Shown piece after piece: positions 62,341-64,000 of a stretch of DNA of 64,000 nucleotides (its first letter is position 1; the number at the start of each line of letters is the position of its first letter). The notes beneath the pieces were generated by a model that was not told the DNA's origin, ran no database searches, and saw only the letters and a list, made by a program, of their open reading frames with translations. The position numbers and the translations under genes are program-made. The DNA comes from Camelus dromedarius (lineage: Eukaryota): contig NC_087454.1 in assembly GCF_036321535.1 (NCBI RefSeq), forward strand, positions 14,632,001 to 14,696,000, written 5' to 3'.

Positions 62341-62749
62341 TTGGATGCATAACAGACACTTGCTGCCATCAATAAAATTCTTTAATTGGGTTTATCTTCC
62401 TCTTCTTGCCTGGCTGTCTACTATTCCCAGCCACGTCTTAGCTCCCCACCACTCCCCGCCCTGTGTTTAGTTATACATTCACATGCTTTTCTAGTCACTA
62501 TCTCTGTGGTATTATGAGCAAACCTGTCCACTTTTGTGCCCTGCTTTAATTTCCCTTAACTCTGGGGTGTCATTGGTTATTTGTCACTAGGTAAACACGT
62601 CCACAGAAATGTTTTATTTTCTTCCTTGAATTTTGCTGTCTGTTGTTTTCATAATAATGTGAAGAGCTGGGCAGACCCAAGAGCAAGACCAGCCTAAGAT
62701 CGCCCTTGGGGTCTGGAGGGAGAGGAGAGGAAGGATGGAGATACGTCAG

Positions 62750-63000
62750 GCGGAGTGGTGAACTCTAGTGTGAGAACTCCGCAGCTTGACTGTCTGAGCT
62801 CGCAGCCTGGCTCCTCTACCTGTGTGCTGTGTGGCCTTGGTCAAGTGACTTCACATCTCAGTTGCTACAGTTTCCTCATCTGTAAAATGAAGATAAAAAT
62901 AGTGTCTAACTCATGGGTTTCCTTGTGACGATTAAATATGGAGTGCTCAAGACACCGCCTAGCCTGTATTAAGTAATAATTAAGTGTTCGGTATTATTAC
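62750..63000 (+). mobile_element. MIR SINE
   Basis: 'gctgtgtggccttggtcaagtgacttcacatctc...cagtttcctcatctgtaaaatgaagataaaaatag'. Confidence 0.88.
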
Positions 63001-64000
63001 AAGTATTCTTTTCTCGATGTCTCACAACATTTACTACATCAGATAATCTTACTGATGGTATGTATGGTTTGTTACAGCCTCAGTAACTTCAAAGTGATAA
63101 GATCGTCTTTATCTTTTTAGTATATTCACACAAAGAAGTTTGTCCTTTCAGAGTACTCATGTGAAGAGGTACTATACTTATGTTGCTGTATAAACACTTT
63201 AAAATTACCTAAAATTTTTCTTCAGATTTTTCAAAAAGAATATTCTCTTGAATATCCTCAGGAATGACACATATTTGCCTTCTGAATATAGAATATCAAA
63301 AGTTAGAGCCAACTTTATTACATTTAAATGAATAATCTAGGTTGACAGTCTCTTCTGTATATTTGTGTAATTTCATGTACTTGTGAAATTACATAAATTA
63401 CCTAAATTTATATTACTAAAATATATAGACATAATACCATCTGTACACAAAATGTGTGTGTCTGTGTACTTGAAAGGAAGAGTATCAAAAACCAATGTTT
63501 AACATAAGCTGAATTATTTTCATGAAGAGAAAGTTCATCATTGAGCCACAGTTCATTTAAAAAAGCTATATATGACAAACCTCGAGAAATTTTTAAGAAA
63601 GTCTGAGTTTCTGACCTTATATAAACCATGCATTCAGACAAATGGAGGGAAAAAAATAAACATCTGGTCTTTCTGATTCTGGCTCTCTTATCTCCTTCCA
63701 TGTCTTTATATTCCTATGGACACCATGATACTATAGTTACAATCTTGGGAGACCTGCAGAAAAGGGTCTCACATGCAGGAGCACCATGCTCCTAAGAGAT
63801 GCTCAGCCTGACTGCAAGTTTCAGGTGTATGCCTAACCCTGTTGCTTGAGAAGGCTGCACTGTTTTAACAGCGAATGATACATCTGTATGCCTCTGGCAT
63901 CCTAAACATGGTCATTTTAATTATTTTTAAAGTTGCCACTACAAAGTCTGCCTCATGACTTGAATGGAGATGTGGTCATTTGTGCTAATTGGATTTTAGA

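Noticed and set aside
62672-62715. Hairpin CAGACCCAAG / CTTGGGGTCTG as a possible pre-miRNA
   Set aside because: Only about 10 bp with a bulge and a large unpaired loop; too short for a Drosha substrate.

Overview
Mammalian (eutherian, laurasiatherian) draft-assembly DNA, AT-rich, with three N gaps (180, 299 and 383 N). The young L1 pieces at 1-276 and 26254-26314 resemble camelid L1 as I recall it, and I saw no Alu, B1/B2, Bov-tA, PRE-1, SINEC, ERE or CHR SINE, so camel/alpaca is my best guess (inference, unverified). I found no protein-coding gene I can recognise, and no tRNA, rRNA, snRNA or CRISPR. The ORF track is explained by chance ORFs, simple repeats, N gaps and decayed L1 ORF1/ORF2. 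A substantial part of the window is interspersed repeat (L1, L2, MIR, hAT MITEs MER20/MER58/MER3, a MaLR LTR, a MER21-like LTR) plus microsatellites. Repeat calls were made by eye and boundaries are approximate. The T-rich + strand and mostly antisense L1s suggest a large intron of an unidentified + strand gene. I see no convincing new biological system. The best leads are: a TSD-flanked, CpG-rich retroposed mRNA 5' fragment nested in an L1 (13148-13512); three abutting hairpins with an alternative fold (25216-25303) next to a MYB/GATA motif cluster (24883-24936); and a strong orphan exon candidate (3461-3594).
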